From Candidatus Ratteibacteria bacterium (GTDB taxonomy: Bacteria; Ratteibacteria; UBA8468; B48-G9; JAFGKM01), in assembly GCA_046296715.1 (NCBI GenBank), contig JBKBIN010000004.1, positions 1-64,000 of the forward strand: a stretch of 64,000 nt of DNA. Direction: 5' to 3'. The stretch's first letter is position 1. Each line of letters opens with the position of its first letter. A program made the position numbers and the translations under genes. This document shows positions 49,960 to 61,333 of this stretch, piece by piece. The notes beneath the pieces are model-generated. The model was given only the letters and a program-made list of their open reading frames with translations. It did no database searches and had not been told where the DNA came from.

Positions 49960-50968
49960 AGACCTTATTATTCTTGAAAAAGCAGAAAAAGAAAAACCAG
50001 GTATTGGGAGATTTATTTTTACTGATAGATATTCTGTTTTTGATTGGGGAGAAATGCCTGATCATATATTAGATAAAGGGAAATCAATATGTATTTCAAC
50101 GGCATATTTTTTTGAAAAAATAGAGAAAAAAGGAATAAAAACACATTATATTGGCTTGATTGATGAAAAAGGAAATTTGAAAAAACTTAATGAATTAGAT
50201 AAGCCAACAGATACAATACAATTTAAAATGTTAAGGGTTTTAAAACCAGAAATTAAGGGAAACTTTTATGACTATTCAATTTTTAAAAAAGAAAGAGTTA
50301 ACTTTCTTATTCCACTTGAAATAATTTATAGAAATTATCTTTCAGAAAATTCTTCAATTTTTAAAAGATTGAAAGAAGGAAGTATAACACCTAAGGATAT
50401 AGGTTTAAAAGAATATCCTGTTGCTGGTCAGAAACTTGAAAAACCTATAATTGATATTTCAACAAAACTTGAGACAACGGACAGATATATCAAATGGAAA
50501 GAAGCAAAAGAAATAGCAAATCTAACAGACGATGAAATAGAAGAAATAAAGTTAAAAACATTAAAAATAAATGAGATAATAACAATTGAAGCGGAAAAGA
50601 TTGGTCTTATAAATGAGGATGGTAAAATTGAGTTTGGTTTTGATGAGAAGAGAAATTTGATACTGGTGGATGCTGTTGGAACACTTGATGAATGTAGATT
50701 TACTTATAATGGACTTCCAGTGAGTAAAGAAATAGCAAGAATATACTATAGAAAAACTGAGTGGTTTGAAAATATTGAACAGGCAAAAAAGAAAGATAAA
50801 ATTGAATGGAAAAGATATGTGAATACAGTTCCACCTAAACTTCCAGAAAAATTAACCCTTTTAATCTCAAACATTTATAGAAGTTATGCAAATGAGATTA
50901 CCCAGAGGAAGTGGTTTGATGTACCTCCTTTAAAAGAAATTCTTAATGAAATTAAAAATTTTATTTAA
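49946..50968 (+). CDS. purC: SAICAR synthetase (long form)
   Basis: GSVKD, FTDRYSVFDWG, IPLEIIYRN, STKLE, DGKIEFG, DAVGTLDECR, SKE. Confidence 0.92.
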   Translation: MGSVKDLIILEKAEKEKPGIGRFIFTDRYSVFDWGEMPDHILDKGKSICISTAYFFEKIEKKGIKTHYIGLIDEKGNLKKLNELDKPTDTIQFKMLRVLKPEIKGNFYDYSIFKKERVNFLIPLEIIYRNYLSENSSIFKRLKEGSITPKDIGLKEYPVAGQKLEKPIIDISTKLETTDRYIKWKEAKEIANLTDDEIEEIKLKTLKINEIITIEAEKIGLINEDGKIEFGFDEKRNLILVDAVGTLDECRFTYNGLPVSKEIARIYYRKTEWFENIEQAKKKDKIEWKRYVNTVPPKLPEKLTLLISNIYRSYANEITQRKWFDVPPLKEILNEIKNFI

Positions 50969-51934
50969 ATGGCACAAATATTAAAATTTTCAGAAGAGGC
51001 AATAGAAAAAGCAGTTAATATATTAAAAAATGGAGGTGTTGTTGCTTTCCCAACTGAAACTGTTTACGGCCTTGGTGCAAATGGTTTAAATCCTGAAGCA
51101 GTTATAAAAATATTTGAAATTAAAAATAGACCTTTTTTTGACCCTATAATACTTCATATTGGTAAAAAAGAAGATATAATTAAATTTTGGTCTTATATAG
51201 ATAAAAGAGCAGAAAAACTTATTGAAAAATTTTGGCCAGGTCCTTTAACAATTATATTACCAAAAACTGAAAAAGTGCCTTATATTGTCACTGCTGGGCT
51301 TGATACAGTTGCAATCAGAATGCCATCCCATATTGTTGCAATTGAAATTTTAAAAAGGATAGATTTCCCAATAGCGGCACCAAGTGCAAATATTTTTGGT
51401 AGATTAAGTCCAACAGAAGCAAAACATGTTGATGAACAAATTGGTGATAAGATTGAATTGATAATTGATGGTGGAAGATGTCCTGTTGGAATAGAATCAA
51501 CAGTTATTGATTTAACAACAGAAAAAAACATTATTTTAAGACCAGGTGGAATACCAAAAGAAAAAATTGAAGAAGTAATTGGTAAAGTTGAGATAATTCA
51601 AAAAGTAGAAAAAATTTATTCTCCTGGGCAACTACCTTTACATTATTCTCCAAAGACACCACTTAAAATTTTAAAAGATTTTAAAGAAATAAAAAAAGGA
51701 ATTAAAGCAGGACTGCTTGCATTTAAAGAAGTTAAGTATGCAGAAAAATTTGTTAGAATAGAAATTTTATCTAAAAAAGGAGATTTGAAAGAAGCAGCAA
51801 GAAATTTTTTCTCCTGTTTGCATAATCTTGATAATGCAGGTCTTGATATAATTTATGTACAACCAGTTCCTGAAGAGGGAATTGGAAAAGCAATAATGGA
51901 TAGGTTACTTAAAGCAGAAACAAAAAATTCTTAG
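50969..51934 (+). CDS. sua5: Threonylcarbamoyl-AMP synthase, Sua5 type
   Basis: PTETVYGLGA, KNRP..DP.I.H, FWPGPLT, APSAN, SPG...HYSP, DRL.KA. Confidence 0.95.
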   Translation: MAQILKFSEEAIEKAVNILKNGGVVAFPTETVYGLGANGLNPEAVIKIFEIKNRPFFDPIILHIGKKEDIIKFWSYIDKRAEKLIEKFWPGPLTIILPKTEKVPYIVTAGLDTVAIRMPSHIVAIEILKRIDFPIAAPSANIFGRLSPTEAKHVDEQIGDKIELIIDGGRCPVGIESTVIDLTTEKNIILRPGGIPKEKIEEVIGKVEIIQKVEKIYSPGQLPLHYSPKTPLKILKDFKEIKKGIKAGLLAFKEVKYAEKFVRIEILSKKGDLKEAARNFFSCLHNLDNAGLDIIYVQPVPEEGIGKAIMDRLLKAETKNS

Positions 51935-51945
51935 TAAAGTTATTT

Positions 51946-53478
51946 TCAAAACAACTGTTTTAGTTTTTCTTCTGACAATGGTTTTGTTAATAAACTTCCA
52001 ATAAAATAGAAAAATCCACATCCAATAAGGACAATAAATTCAAGGGTCCCCATACCAAGTTTTTGTTTTGAAACAAATATACTTCCAATAAGAGTTGCAA
52101 GAACACCATAAATCATACATAGAATTGCGCCAGTTGCTGTTGCTCTTTTCCAATAAAAAGAAACTGCTGTACAGAAAATGAAAATTCCACCAAGACCTAT
52201 TGAAGCATAACCCATAAAGACAGCCAATAAAGGAGGTGGTTTTTTAAATGTCCAGTAAAAGGGAATTAAAAGGAAGATGCCAATAAAAATTTTGGTTAAC
52301 TTAAGAAGTAAATTTTTAGAAATATTTGGCTTCCAAGTATATATAATATCCTTTGTAATATTTCCAGCCATAACCATTACCATAGCAGAAAGGGTTGAAA
52401 GTGCAGCCGCAAAAACTCCTGTAGTGTATAAAACTGTTAATGGTTTACCACCTACCAATATGGCAAGATAAGGAGCAGCAAGATCTCCTTTCCATGGTTG
52501 TATATTTAAAATTTCTGGACCAAAAGTTGCTCTCGCTACAAGACCAGTAATTGCATTTAAAAATATTGGAGGACCGGCAACAAGAAAAACCATAAGTGTA
52601 ATTAAAGAAAAGTCCCTTTTTGTCAATTTTTTCATTCCAAGAAATCTTGCAACATTGTGAGGGAAACCAGTTGCCATGGTTAAGAAAATAAAAAATGTTG
52701 CAATTATTCCAACTGGAGAAGAAAACAACTGGGTATTTCCAGTAGTTGGTAGGTCTCTTCTTATTAGATCAAGTAGTTTTACATCTTGAGAAGCAAGTTT
52801 TACATTTAGAGCATTAGCACCACCTAAAAATAAAACAGATGAAATTCCTAATACAAAACAAGCAATCCCTAATAAAGCACCCTGTAAAGCAAGAGACCAT
52901 TGAGTACCTGTATATCCACCAACAATCATATAGATAAAAACAATAATGCCTGATAATAACAAACACCATATAGCAGGAAGCCCTGTTACAGCATACCATA
53001 TAGTAGCACCTGCTTTAAACTGTCCTACTGAGTATAAAGTCATAAAGAAAATCATAATTAAAGCCGATAAAGATTGGACTACTTTACTATCAAATCTTAT
53101 TCTTAGTACATCAGGAACAGTTCTTGCTCCGAATTTTTCAGCATACTTTTGCATTTTTTCTCCAGTAAAAAATAAACAAGGCATAATACCAATTATTGTC
53201 CATATACCAGCAAACCACATTCCTGACCATCCAACTGAATATGTAACACCCATCATACCAAGTGTTGCCCATCCGCTTAACCATGTAGCACCAAGAGCAA
53301 GTCCTGTAATAACAGGTCCTATGTCTTGATGACCTGACAAAAATGATTCAAATGATGACGCCTTTTTTCTACTTAAAAATCCAAGTAATATACAAAAAAG
53401 TAGCATTAAACCGATACCAATTGCTGAAGATATTCCATATTTTATGTCAGTTGAAGGAATAGGATAAAAATTATTCAT
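51946..53478 (-). CDS. Sodium:solute symporter family protein
   Basis: ATWLSGW..LG..G, RFDS, Y...GG, PH...RF, AAALST; about 13 TM segments. Confidence 0.9.
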   Translation of the reverse strand: MNNFYPIPSTDIKYGISSAIGIGLMLLFCILLGFLSRKKASSFESFLSGHQDIGPVITGLALGATWLSGWATLGMMGVTYSVGWSGMWFAGIWTIIGIMPCLFFTGEKMQKYAEKFGARTVPDVLRIRFDSKVVQSLSALIMIFFMTLYSVGQFKAGATIWYAVTGLPAIWCLLLSGIIVFIYMIVGGYTGTQWSLALQGALLGIACFVLGISSVLFLGGANALNVKLASQDVKLLDLIRRDLPTTGNTQLFSSPVGIIATFFIFLTMATGFPHNVARFLGMKKLTKRDFSLITLMVFLVAGPPIFLNAITGLVARATFGPEILNIQPWKGDLAAPYLAILVGGKPLTVLYTTGVFAAALSTLSAMVMVMAGNITKDIIYTWKPNISKNLLLKLTKIFIGIFLLIPFYWTFKKPPPLLAVFMGYASIGLGGIFIFCTAVSFYWKRATATGAILCMIYGVLATLIGSIFVSKQKLGMGTLEFIVLIGCGFFYFIGSLLTKPLSEEKLKQLF

Positions 53479-53572
53479 TTTTCCACCTCCTTAATCTTAT
53501 TATCAATCCAACAATAGTAAAAAATGTACTGAACAAAACCACAGCCCACCAACTAAGCCAATTTTTATCCAT
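53471..53572 (-). CDS. 33-aa single-TM small protein (symporter accessory subunit-like), absent from the ORF track
   Basis: GGAGG RBS, then MDKNWLSWWAVVLFSTFFTIVGLIIRLRRWKNE*; its stop overlaps the symporter start (ATGAATAA). Confidence 0.7.
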   Translation of the reverse strand: MDKNWLSWWAVVLFSTFFTIVGLIIRLRRWKNE

Positions 53573-53696
53573 TTTCCCTCCTTTTGATGAGAAAATTTAA
53601 ACACAAATAAATAAAAACGTCAAAATTTTCCATCTTTTAGGAAAGAAGTGAGAATGGAATTTAGAGAAATCTTTCCTTAATATAATATAAAAAATT

Positions 53697-56600
53697 TTAG
53701 AATTCAAACTTAATTGTTATAATTTCGTAAGGTTTGTAATCTAATTTTATTTCTTTATTTTTTAAGGTTAATTTTTTAAATTTTTCTTCATTCAAGTTAC
53801 TCATCCATACACCTTTAATATCCCTTTCAAAAACAATAGAACACTTGCCTTTTTTCCCTTCATATTCAACCATTCTTAAAATAAATGTATTGTCTTTAAT
53901 TGATTTTTTAAAGCAAGTTGGTATTAAATTCCCTTTAATTTTAAAGAACTTTTTTGCTTTGATAATTCCTTCAGTGAAGATAGGTTGAATATTATATTCC
54001 GTAGCCATTTTTGTAATTTCTGTAATATTTGTTTTTCCAAAAAATAATCTGTAAGAAAATAAATATTTCCCACTATCAGGATCAGCATCTGGTTCGTATG
54101 AATTTCTTAACAAAGTCAATGATAAATTATTTCCATCTACAAAATATCCATACTTTTCTTTATTCATTAAAACAACCCACCAGTTATTTTCTTTAAATCC
54201 AGCCCATCTTAATGAAGGATATTCTCGTGGTATATTTTTTCTTCTAATCACACCAAATGGTACCTCACAATAAAAATCAGAATTTTCAATATTGAAATTA
54301 AAATTTGTTCTTATCATTGGAACACCAATTTCGCTGTTTCCTTTTATATCCCATTCTGTTTCAAATTCAAAGTCAATGTATGGAAAGTTTCTATAAAGAA
54401 TTGTTCTTTGGATAATTTCTTTATCTTTATAATTTCTTTTAATCTCAAAAATTGTCTGGATATTCCCTTCTTTAATTTCCATTTTTTCCATATCAATTAA
54501 ATTTTCAATTTTGTAAATATTTCCAATTATCCATGCACTCATTGGATGAGGTTTTTCCCAGAAGATTTTTATCAAATTTGCACAATTTTCTGCCCAGAAT
54601 GAACTTCTATCTTCTGGTATTGAATTTGCTTTTGGTATTACATCTTTTTTATTTTCTTTATCATAAATTCCTCTTATAAGTCCATACTTTTTATCTATCC
54701 AGATCCGATAAAACTCATTTTCCCATTCCTCGTCTTTTTTTATAAAACCTTGGCCTTCCACTTTCCCTTTTTTAATATAAAAAGATTTAAAATTGTAAGG
54801 TGGTACAGAAACACAATTAAATATTAGGTTTTTCTCAAAGATTTCTACATCTAATTTTGTTCCTTTTTCGTCTTCAATATGTATATCTTCTTCTCCTGTG
54901 TAAGGTATTCTTAAAGGTAAACTTATTTCCCAGCCATTAGGATTGAAAACTGTTATTCCTTCTTTGTTTGTTATCATTTTCTCAAGTATTTCTTTCATAA
55001 TTATATTTCCCTGGTTTATGACTTCATCAGCAAGTTTATTTGAATATTCATACGATTTATGTATTGCTGAACCATCAAGTATATCATGAAATTGGTTAAA
55101 AAGTGTTTTTTCCCACAATTTTTCTATTTCATCTTCTGGATAATTATCTTTTTCAATCGCAAAAATTGAAGACAATGTTTCAAGTTTCAATAACATATTT
55201 TCACAATTTCTATTATTTTTCTTAATATCAGAATGAGTGGTATAACATCCTTCAAATATAAAATTCAATTCATCTTTTATGACTGGTAATTTTTTTCTAT
55301 ATTTTTCAATTACTCTGAAATATTTTTCAGTTGTAGAAAACTCAAGATAAGGGAAACAAGGTCTTTCATTTAATTTTATTTTTCTTTCAATATCCTGTTC
55401 AGTTGGTCCTCCACCATGGTCTCCAACTCCATAAACAAACATAAATTCTTTTATTTTATATTTTTCATAGTAATCAACGAAAAGAGGAATGATTCTGTCG
55501 CTGTCAATATGATTATTGTATATACTGTTAAAAGCAATTACCTTACTTTTGTCAGGTCCTTCCCATAAAAATAAAGGATAGCCCTTTCCACATCTCATAA
55601 AATAATAGTATTTTATATCTGCATTATTGAGTATTGTGGGTATTGTATGAGGATGACCAAATGTATCCGGACACCACATTATTTTTACTTCTTTCCCAAA
55701 ATTATCATTTATATATTTTTTTGAATAAATTATGTGTCTGACTATACTTTCCCCATTAACCATATTCAGATCATTTTCAACATAAGCATTAGCAGTTATT
55801 TCCCAATTTCCACTTTTTACTTTTTCCTTTATTTTTTCAAAAAGTTTTTCATTATTTACTTGTGCAATTTTATAGACATGTGTTTGACTTTGGGAAAAAG
55901 TTAAGTCATTATATTTATCCATTAAATTTGTAATTGTTGTAAAATCTCTCAAAACGACAGAAACTGTATCTTCATAAGTCCATAACCAATTCATATCAAT
56001 GTGAGCATGTCCTATAAGATGAACTTTATATTTTTTAGCATATGGTCTAAAATTTTCAAGCAAGTTTTCAATTTCTTTAATTAGAGATGATATTTTGCCC
56101 CAATCTCTTTTTAAAATAAGGTCTGCATCAAGTTTTTCAATACTCTTATTTAAGATTTGTAAAAGTTTTTTATTTTTTGTTTCTTTTACAATGATTTGAG
56201 CAAATTTTATTTGATATAAAATTGACTTTAATTGGAAAATCAAATCATCTATGTTTTTTATTGATAGATAAGACCAAAAAACACCAAGTCCGTCTCCTTT
56301 ATTTGTTTTAAAGACAAGCAGAAATTTTTCATTTGGTTTAACTTTTTCCGTCAATAAAATCGGAGTTGCAATTTTATCAGCCCAGAATTTATGTGAATAT
56401 AGATTTTTTCCATTTAGATAAAAACTAACACCTGAAGGGAAAACAAATTTTAAATAAATTTTACTTCCTGTAATTCTTATTCCTTCAATTTCTTCAGGGA
56501 ATTCAATCCATTTTCTTAAATATGCATCTCCATCTTTTAATGCCCAATTTATTGGTTGTTTTCTTACTTCCCAATCATTATCATCTAATTCAATTTTTTC

Positions 56601-56708
56601 TCCATCTGAAATATTTTGTTTAAATTTCCATTCATCAAGATATAAATATTTATTAATTTTTCCCTCAAGGTCTTTTAATGTATTTTCCCATTTTAAAATT
56701 GGATCCAT
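53697..56708 (-). CDS. Alpha-mannosidase, glycoside hydrolase family 38
   Basis: GHAHIDMNWLW, FSQSQ, WCPDTFGH, GVGDHGGGPT, GCYTTH, NQFHDILDGS, LTLLR. Confidence 0.92.
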   Translation of the reverse strand: MDPILKWENTLKDLEGKINKYLYLDEWKFKQNISDGEKIELDDNDWEVRKQPINWALKDGDAYLRKWIEFPEEIEGIRITGSKIYLKFVFPSGVSFYLNGKNLYSHKFWADKIATPILLTEKVKPNEKFLLVFKTNKGDGLGVFWSYLSIKNIDDLIFQLKSILYQIKFAQIIVKETKNKKLLQILNKSIEKLDADLILKRDWGKISSLIKEIENLLENFRPYAKKYKVHLIGHAHIDMNWLWTYEDTVSVVLRDFTTITNLMDKYNDLTFSQSQTHVYKIAQVNNEKLFEKIKEKVKSGNWEITANAYVENDLNMVNGESIVRHIIYSKKYINDNFGKEVKIMWCPDTFGHPHTIPTILNNADIKYYYFMRCGKGYPLFLWEGPDKSKVIAFNSIYNNHIDSDRIIPLFVDYYEKYKIKEFMFVYGVGDHGGGPTEQDIERKIKLNERPCFPYLEFSTTEKYFRVIEKYRKKLPVIKDELNFIFEGCYTTHSDIKKNNRNCENMLLKLETLSSIFAIEKDNYPEDEIEKLWEKTLFNQFHDILDGSAIHKSYEYSNKLADEVINQGNIIMKEILEKMITNKEGITVFNPNGWEISLPLRIPYTGEEDIHIEDEKGTKLDVEIFEKNLIFNCVSVPPYNFKSFYIKKGKVEGQGFIKKDEEWENEFYRIWIDKKYGLIRGIYDKENKKDVIPKANSIPEDRSSFWAENCANLIKIFWEKPHPMSAWIIGNIYKIENLIDMEKMEIKEGNIQTIFEIKRNYKDKEIIQRTILYRNFPYIDFEFETEWDIKGNSEIGVPMIRTNFNFNIENSDFYCEVPFGVIRRKNIPREYPSLRWAGFKENNWWVVLMNKEKYGYFVDGNNLSLTLLRNSYEPDADPDSGKYLFSYRLFFGKTNITEITKMATEYNIQPIFTEGIIKAKKFFKIKGNLIPTCFKKSIKDNTFILRMVEYEGKKGKCSIVFERDIKGVWMSNLNEEKFKKLTLKNKEIKLDYKPYEIITIKFEF

Positions 56709-56786
56709 TTATTCTCCTTTTTTAATGAATAATATTTTAAATGGTATAAAAATAAAATCAAGTTTATTTAGATAAAGGGAAAAGTG

Positions 56787-59363
56787 TCAACTATTTTTTT
56801 GAGAAAATTTCAAGATATTATTTTCACAGTCAATAATTATTGTGTCTCCTTCTTTAAATTCACCAGAAAGGATTTTTAACGCAAGAGGATTTTCTATTTC
56901 TCTCTGTATAAGTCGTTTTAACGGTCGTGCTCCAAAATTTTCGTTATATCCTTTTTCCGCAAGATAATTTTTAGCGTTTTCTGTCAATTCTATTTGTATT
57001 TTTTTATCAAGTAAACGTTTCTGTAAATATGAAATCTGGATATCAACAATTTTTAAAATATCTTGTTTTTTAAGACGATTAAAAATAATAATTTCATCAA
57101 CTCTATTTAAAAATTCAGGTCTGAATTTTGATTTTAAGATTTCCATTATTTTCTCTCTTACTAAATTTTCATCTGCGAAAGAAATAATTATTTGACTTCC
57201 AATATTTGAAGTCATAATAATGACAGTATTTTTAAAATCAACAGTTCTACCTTGTCCATCGGTTAATCTTCCATCGTCAAGAATTTGTAAAAGAATATTG
57301 AAAACATCAGGATGTGCTTTTTCTATTTCATCAAGTAAAATAACACTATACGGCCTTCTTCTAATTTTTTCTGTTAATTGTCCACCTTCCTCGTAGCCTA
57401 CATATCCTGGAGGAGCACCAATAAGCCGAGAGACATTATGTTTTTCCATATATTCACTCATATCAATCCGAACAAGCGCATTTTCATCATTAAATAAAAA
57501 TTCAGCAAGTGCTTTTGCGAGTTCAGTTTTACCTACACCAGTCGGTCCAAGAAAGATAAAAGAACCTATAGGTCTATTTGGATCTGAAAGTCCAGCCCTA
57601 TTTCTTCTAATTGCTTCAGAAACTGCCTTTATTGCTTCATCCTGTCCAACAACTCTTTTTGCAAGTCGCATCTCCATATTTATCAATTTTTCAATTTCTC
57701 CTTCAAGCATTTTATTTACAGGTATTCCAGTCCATTTTGAAACAATTTCAGCAATATCTTCTTCAGTAACTTCATCTTTTAAAAGCCCTTTTCCTTTTTG
57801 TATCTCTTTTAATTTCTTTGTTTCTTGTTCAAGTTGTTTATTTAGTTCAATCAATTTGCCATACTTATATTCTGCTGCTTTGTCAAGGTCTCCTTCCCTC
57901 TGAGCTTTTTCTACTATATTTCTTGCAATCTCTATCTGTTCTTTTATTTTTCTTATTCTTTCAACTATTTCTTTTTCACTAATCCATTGGTTATATAATT
58001 TTTCTCTTTCTACTTTTAATTCTGATATTTCTTTTTCAAGTTTTTCAAGACGTTCTTTAACTTCTGGAGAGTTTTCTTTCTTTAATGCTTGCCTTTCAAT
58101 TTCAAGTTGTGTAATTTTTCTGTCAATTTCATCAAGTTCAACTGGCATACTATCAATTTCCATTTTTAATTTACTTGCTGCTTCATCAATTAAATCTATT
58201 GCTTTGTCAGGTAAAAATCTTCCGCTTATATATTTATTAGATAAAACTGCTGCTGCAACAATTGCACTATCAGTAATTTTAACTCCATGATGAACTTCAT
58301 ATTTCTCTTTTAGTCCTCTTAAAATAGAGATTGTCTCCTCAACAGTTGGTTCTTTAACATATAATGGCTGGAATCTTCTTTCCAGTGCTCTATCTTTTTC
58401 TATGTATTTTCTATATTCATCAAGAGTTGTAGCACCTATACATCTTAATGTTCCTCTTGCAAGTGCAGGTTTTAACATATTAGATGCATCAATTGCACCT
58501 TCTGCTGCCCCTGCTCCGACAAGTGTATGAAGTTCATCTATAAATAAAATTATATCTCCTTCTCTCTTTTCTATCTCTTTTAAAATTGCTTTTAATCTTT
58601 CTTCAAACTCGCCTCTAAACTTTGTTCCTGCTATTAGAGCACCAAGATCAAGAGCAAGTATTCTTTTATTTTTTAAATTTTCAGGAACATCACCTGAAAC
58701 AATTCTTCTTGCCAAACCTTCAACTATTGCTGTTTTACCAACTCCTGCTTCTCCTATTAAAACAGGATTATTTTTTGTCCTTCTTGATAGAATTTGGATA
58801 ACTCTTCTTATTTCTTCATCTCTTCCAATAACAGGGTCAAGTTTCCCTTTTCTTGCAAGTTCTGTTAAATCTCGTGTGTATTTTTCAAGGACTTTATATT
58901 TTGTTTCTGCTTCTCTATCTGTTATTTTTTCTCCATTTCTTAAATTTTGTATAACTTTTATTATTCTATCTTTGGTAATGTTATGTCTTGTAAAAATTTC
59001 TTTAACTGGAGATTCAACTTCGCTCATAGCAATTAAAAGATGTTCTACTCCGATATATTCATCCTGAAAAAGTTTTGCATAGTTTTGAGATTTATATAAT
59101 AAATGGTTAAATGTAGGGCTGATATATAAATTAGTTTTAGAGCCATAAACTTTGGGAAGATTTTCTATTTCTTTTTCAATATCATCCTTTAAGATTTCTA
59201 AATTTACATTTAATTCTTTTAGTATATCACTAACTATATCATCTTCAACCATCACATAAGCAAGGTGCAGAACATCAATTTCATTATTATTTTTCTCCTG
59301 TGCTAAAGCCTGGCATGTCATTAACAATTCTTGTGCTTTTGTTGTAAACTTCTCAAGATTCAT
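56787..59363 (-). CDS. clpB: Chaperone/disaggregase ClpB
   Basis: Two AAA+ modules ([16 protein letters not shown]), long M-domain coiled coil, [11 protein letters not shown] at 59363 after AGGAG. Confidence 0.96.
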   Translation of the reverse strand: MNLEKFTTKAQELLMTCQALAQEKNNNEIDVLHLAYVMVEDDIVSDILKELNVNLEILKDDIEKEIENLPKVYGSKTNLYISPTFNHLLYKSQNYAKLFQDEYIGVEHLLIAMSEVESPVKEIFTRHNITKDRIIKVIQNLRNGEKITDREAETKYKVLEKYTRDLTELARKGKLDPVIGRDEEIRRVIQILSRRTKNNPVLIGEAGVGKTAIVEGLARRIVSGDVPENLKNKRILALDLGALIAGTKFRGEFEERLKAILKEIEKREGDIILFIDELHTLVGAGAAEGAIDASNMLKPALARGTLRCIGATTLDEYRKYIEKDRALERRFQPLYVKEPTVEETISILRGLKEKYEVHHGVKITDSAIVAAAVLSNKYISGRFLPDKAIDLIDEAASKLKMEIDSMPVELDEIDRKITQLEIERQALKKENSPEVKERLEKLEKEISELKVEREKLYNQWISEKEIVERIRKIKEQIEIARNIVEKAQREGDLDKAAEYKYGKLIELNKQLEQETKKLKEIQKGKGLLKDEVTEEDIAEIVSKWTGIPVNKMLEGEIEKLINMEMRLAKRVVGQDEAIKAVSEAIRRNRAGLSDPNRPIGSFIFLGPTGVGKTELAKALAEFLFNDENALVRIDMSEYMEKHNVSRLIGAPPGYVGYEEGGQLTEKIRRRPYSVILLDEIEKAHPDVFNILLQILDDGRLTDGQGRTVDFKNTVIIMTSNIGSQIIISFADENLVREKIMEILKSKFRPEFLNRVDEIIIFNRLKKQDILKIVDIQISYLQKRLLDKKIQIELTENAKNYLAEKGYNENFGARPLKRLIQREIENPLALKILSGEFKEGDTIIIDCENNILKFSQKNS

Positions 59364-59415
59364 TTTTGCTCCTTTTTGTATATTTAGATGGGTTTTTTTT
59401 AAAAAAGTTTCAGAT

Positions 59416-59781
59416 TTATTTTTCAACAAACTTACATTTAATTGGTCCAAATCTTATTTCATCATTGTCTTCAAGTTTATATGGTTTTTTTACTTCAAGA
59501 CGAGCCATATTTACATATGTACCGTATTGACTTCCGAGTCCTGTTGTTCCAATGTCTTCAATATACCAACCATCCTGTTTTTTTGTTATTCTTGCGTGAA
59601 TTCTTGACACTTTCATTAAACTATCAAGATACAACCTTTTTGTAGATTCTGGTAAACTTTTGAAGTAATTATAATTCGGGATAGAAATATCATTTGTATT
59701 TTGTCTTCCAATATAAATTTTTTCTTTTGTTAATTCATACTCTTTATCCATAAAAGGATAATCAAAAACAAGTTTAGCCAT
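59416..59781 (-). CDS. Stand-alone FHA-domain protein
   Basis: [28 protein letters not shown]...DEIRFG. Confidence 0.88.
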   Translation of the reverse strand: MAKLVFDYPFMDKEYELTKEKIYIGRQNTNDISIPNYNYFKSLPESTKRLYLDSLMKVSRIHARITKKQDGWYIEDIGTTGLGSQYGTYVNMARLEVKKPYKLEDNDEIRFGPIKCKFVEK

Positions 59782-60526
59782 AGGTTTTCTGATTTTTTAT
59801 AATTTTTGAAATAATGTACATCCCACCAATTATAAATATTAAAATTGCAATAATCTGTGTTGGATAAAGTCCAAGGATTGTCTTTTTAAGGTCTCCCCTT
59901 AAAAAATCCACAAAATATCTAATTAATGAAAAACTTATCAAATAGGATGCGAAAATAAATCCAGTGCCTTTTTTAAATTTTTGAGACAATTTTTTTAATA
60001 GAAAGAAAAGCATTATATATAAAAATGAATAATAGAGTTCTGTAGGATGAACCTTCTTTTCAAGAAATGGAAATTTAACAGCAAGGAAAAAATTTGTTTC
60101 CTTTCCATAACAACAACCATTTAAAAAGCATCCTATTCTTCCAATTGCTTGTCCAATAGGTACTGCAATAGCAACTGTATCAAGAAGTTTAACAGTAGAA
60201 ATCTTTTTAAATTTAGAAAATAAAATTAGAAAAATAAGAGAAAATAAAATTGCTCCTTCTACTGCAAGCCCTCCATTTCTTAATTTAAAAATCTCTAAAG
60301 GATTAACAACATAATAATAAATATTTACAAAAATGTGTAAAATCCTTGCTCCAATAATTCCTGTAAAAATTGTCCAAAAAACAAGTTGAGAAATAACTTT
60401 CTCATCATAACCCTCTTTAATAGCTTCTTTTTGAAATATTGACACAGAAACAAAAACGCCTATAGCAACCAAGATTCCATACCAATATATAATAAAACCA
60501 CCAATTTTTATAAATATAGGATGCAT
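59774..60526 (-). CDS. lgt: Prolipoprotein diacylglyceryl transferase
   Basis: IYWYG, GAR, GGL..EG, GRIGCFLNGCCYG, HPTELY, RYFVDFLRGD. Confidence 0.95.
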   Translation of the reverse strand: MHPIFIKIGGFIIYWYGILVAIGVFVSVSIFQKEAIKEGYDEKVISQLVFWTIFTGIIGARILHIFVNIYYYVVNPLEIFKLRNGGLAVEGAILFSLIFLILFSKFKKISTVKLLDTVAIAVPIGQAIGRIGCFLNGCCYGKETNFFLAVKFPFLEKKVHPTELYYSFLYIMLFFLLKKLSQKFKKGTGFIFASYLISFSLIRYFVDFLRGDLKKTILGLYPTQIIAILIFIIGGMYIISKIIKNQKTYG

Positions 60527-60527
60527 T

Positions 60528-60977
60528 TTACTCTCTTAAATATCTTAAAAAAAATAAAATAATACCTATTGTTACAAAAGCATCTGCAAGATTGAATACA
60601 GGGAAAAAATGAAAGTTTATAAAATCAATTACATATCCATATTTTATTCTATCAATTAAATTTCCAATAATTCCTCCTGTAACCAAACCTAAAGAAAATT
60701 CCCGATATTTTTCAAATTTAAAAACAATAAAAAAAATAGAAAAAATCGCAATTAAAGAAAAAATAATTATAAAAATTTTCGTTTTTTCACTACTAAATAA
60801 ACCGAAAACTATTCCTTTATTTTTAACAAATGTAAGAGAGAAAAAACTTGTTATATCTATATTTCCATCAAATTTTTTCAGTAAATTAACAACAAAAGAT
60901 TTTGTAATTTGGTCAAGAAAAAAAACAAAAAAAGTAGTAATGAAGAAAATATTTGGAACTGTTTTATTTTTTTTCAC
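60528..60977 (-). CDS. lspA: Lipoprotein signal peptidase
   Basis: [28 protein letters not shown]. Confidence 0.96.
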   Translation of the reverse strand: MKKNKTVPNIFFITTFFVFFLDQITKSFVVNLLKKFDGNIDITSFFSLTFVKNKGIVFGLFSSEKTKIFIIIFSLIAIFSIFFIVFKFEKYREFSLGLVTGGIIGNLIDRIKYGYVIDFINFHFFPVFNLADAFVTIGIILFFLRYLRE

Positions 60978-61320
60978 TTTTTTCTCTTTCTGTTTGACAT
61001 TTTATGCAAAACCTTGCATAGGGAAGTGCTTGTAATCTTTCTTTTGATATTGGTTGTTTACAATTGTCGCATTTACCATAAGTTCCTTCTTTTATTTTTT
61101 TGATTGCAAGTTCAATTTCTTCAAGGATTCTTCTTTCAGAATTAGAAAGTCCAACTTCAAGATCTTTTTCAAACTCATCTGTTCCGTAATCGGCAATGTG
61201 TGTTGGAACGCCCTTTTCCCCTTTTTCAATTACTTCCCTTGCATATGATAAGTTTTTCAAAATTTTTTCCTTTTCTTTTACGAGTAAATCAAGATAATAC
61301 TTTTTTTCTTCTTTTTTCAT
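60964..61320 (-). CDS. TraR/DksA C4-type zinc-finger protein
   Basis: [17 protein letters not shown]...I...[21 protein letters not shown] before the ATG at 61320. Confidence 0.9.
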   Translation of the reverse strand: MKKEEKKYYLDLLVKEKEKILKNLSYAREVIEKGEKGVPTHIADYGTDEFEKDLEVGLSNSERRILEEIELAIKKIKEGTYGKCDNCKQPISKERLQALPYARFCIKCQTEREKSEKK

Positions 61321-61333
61321 TTGTACCTCACAT

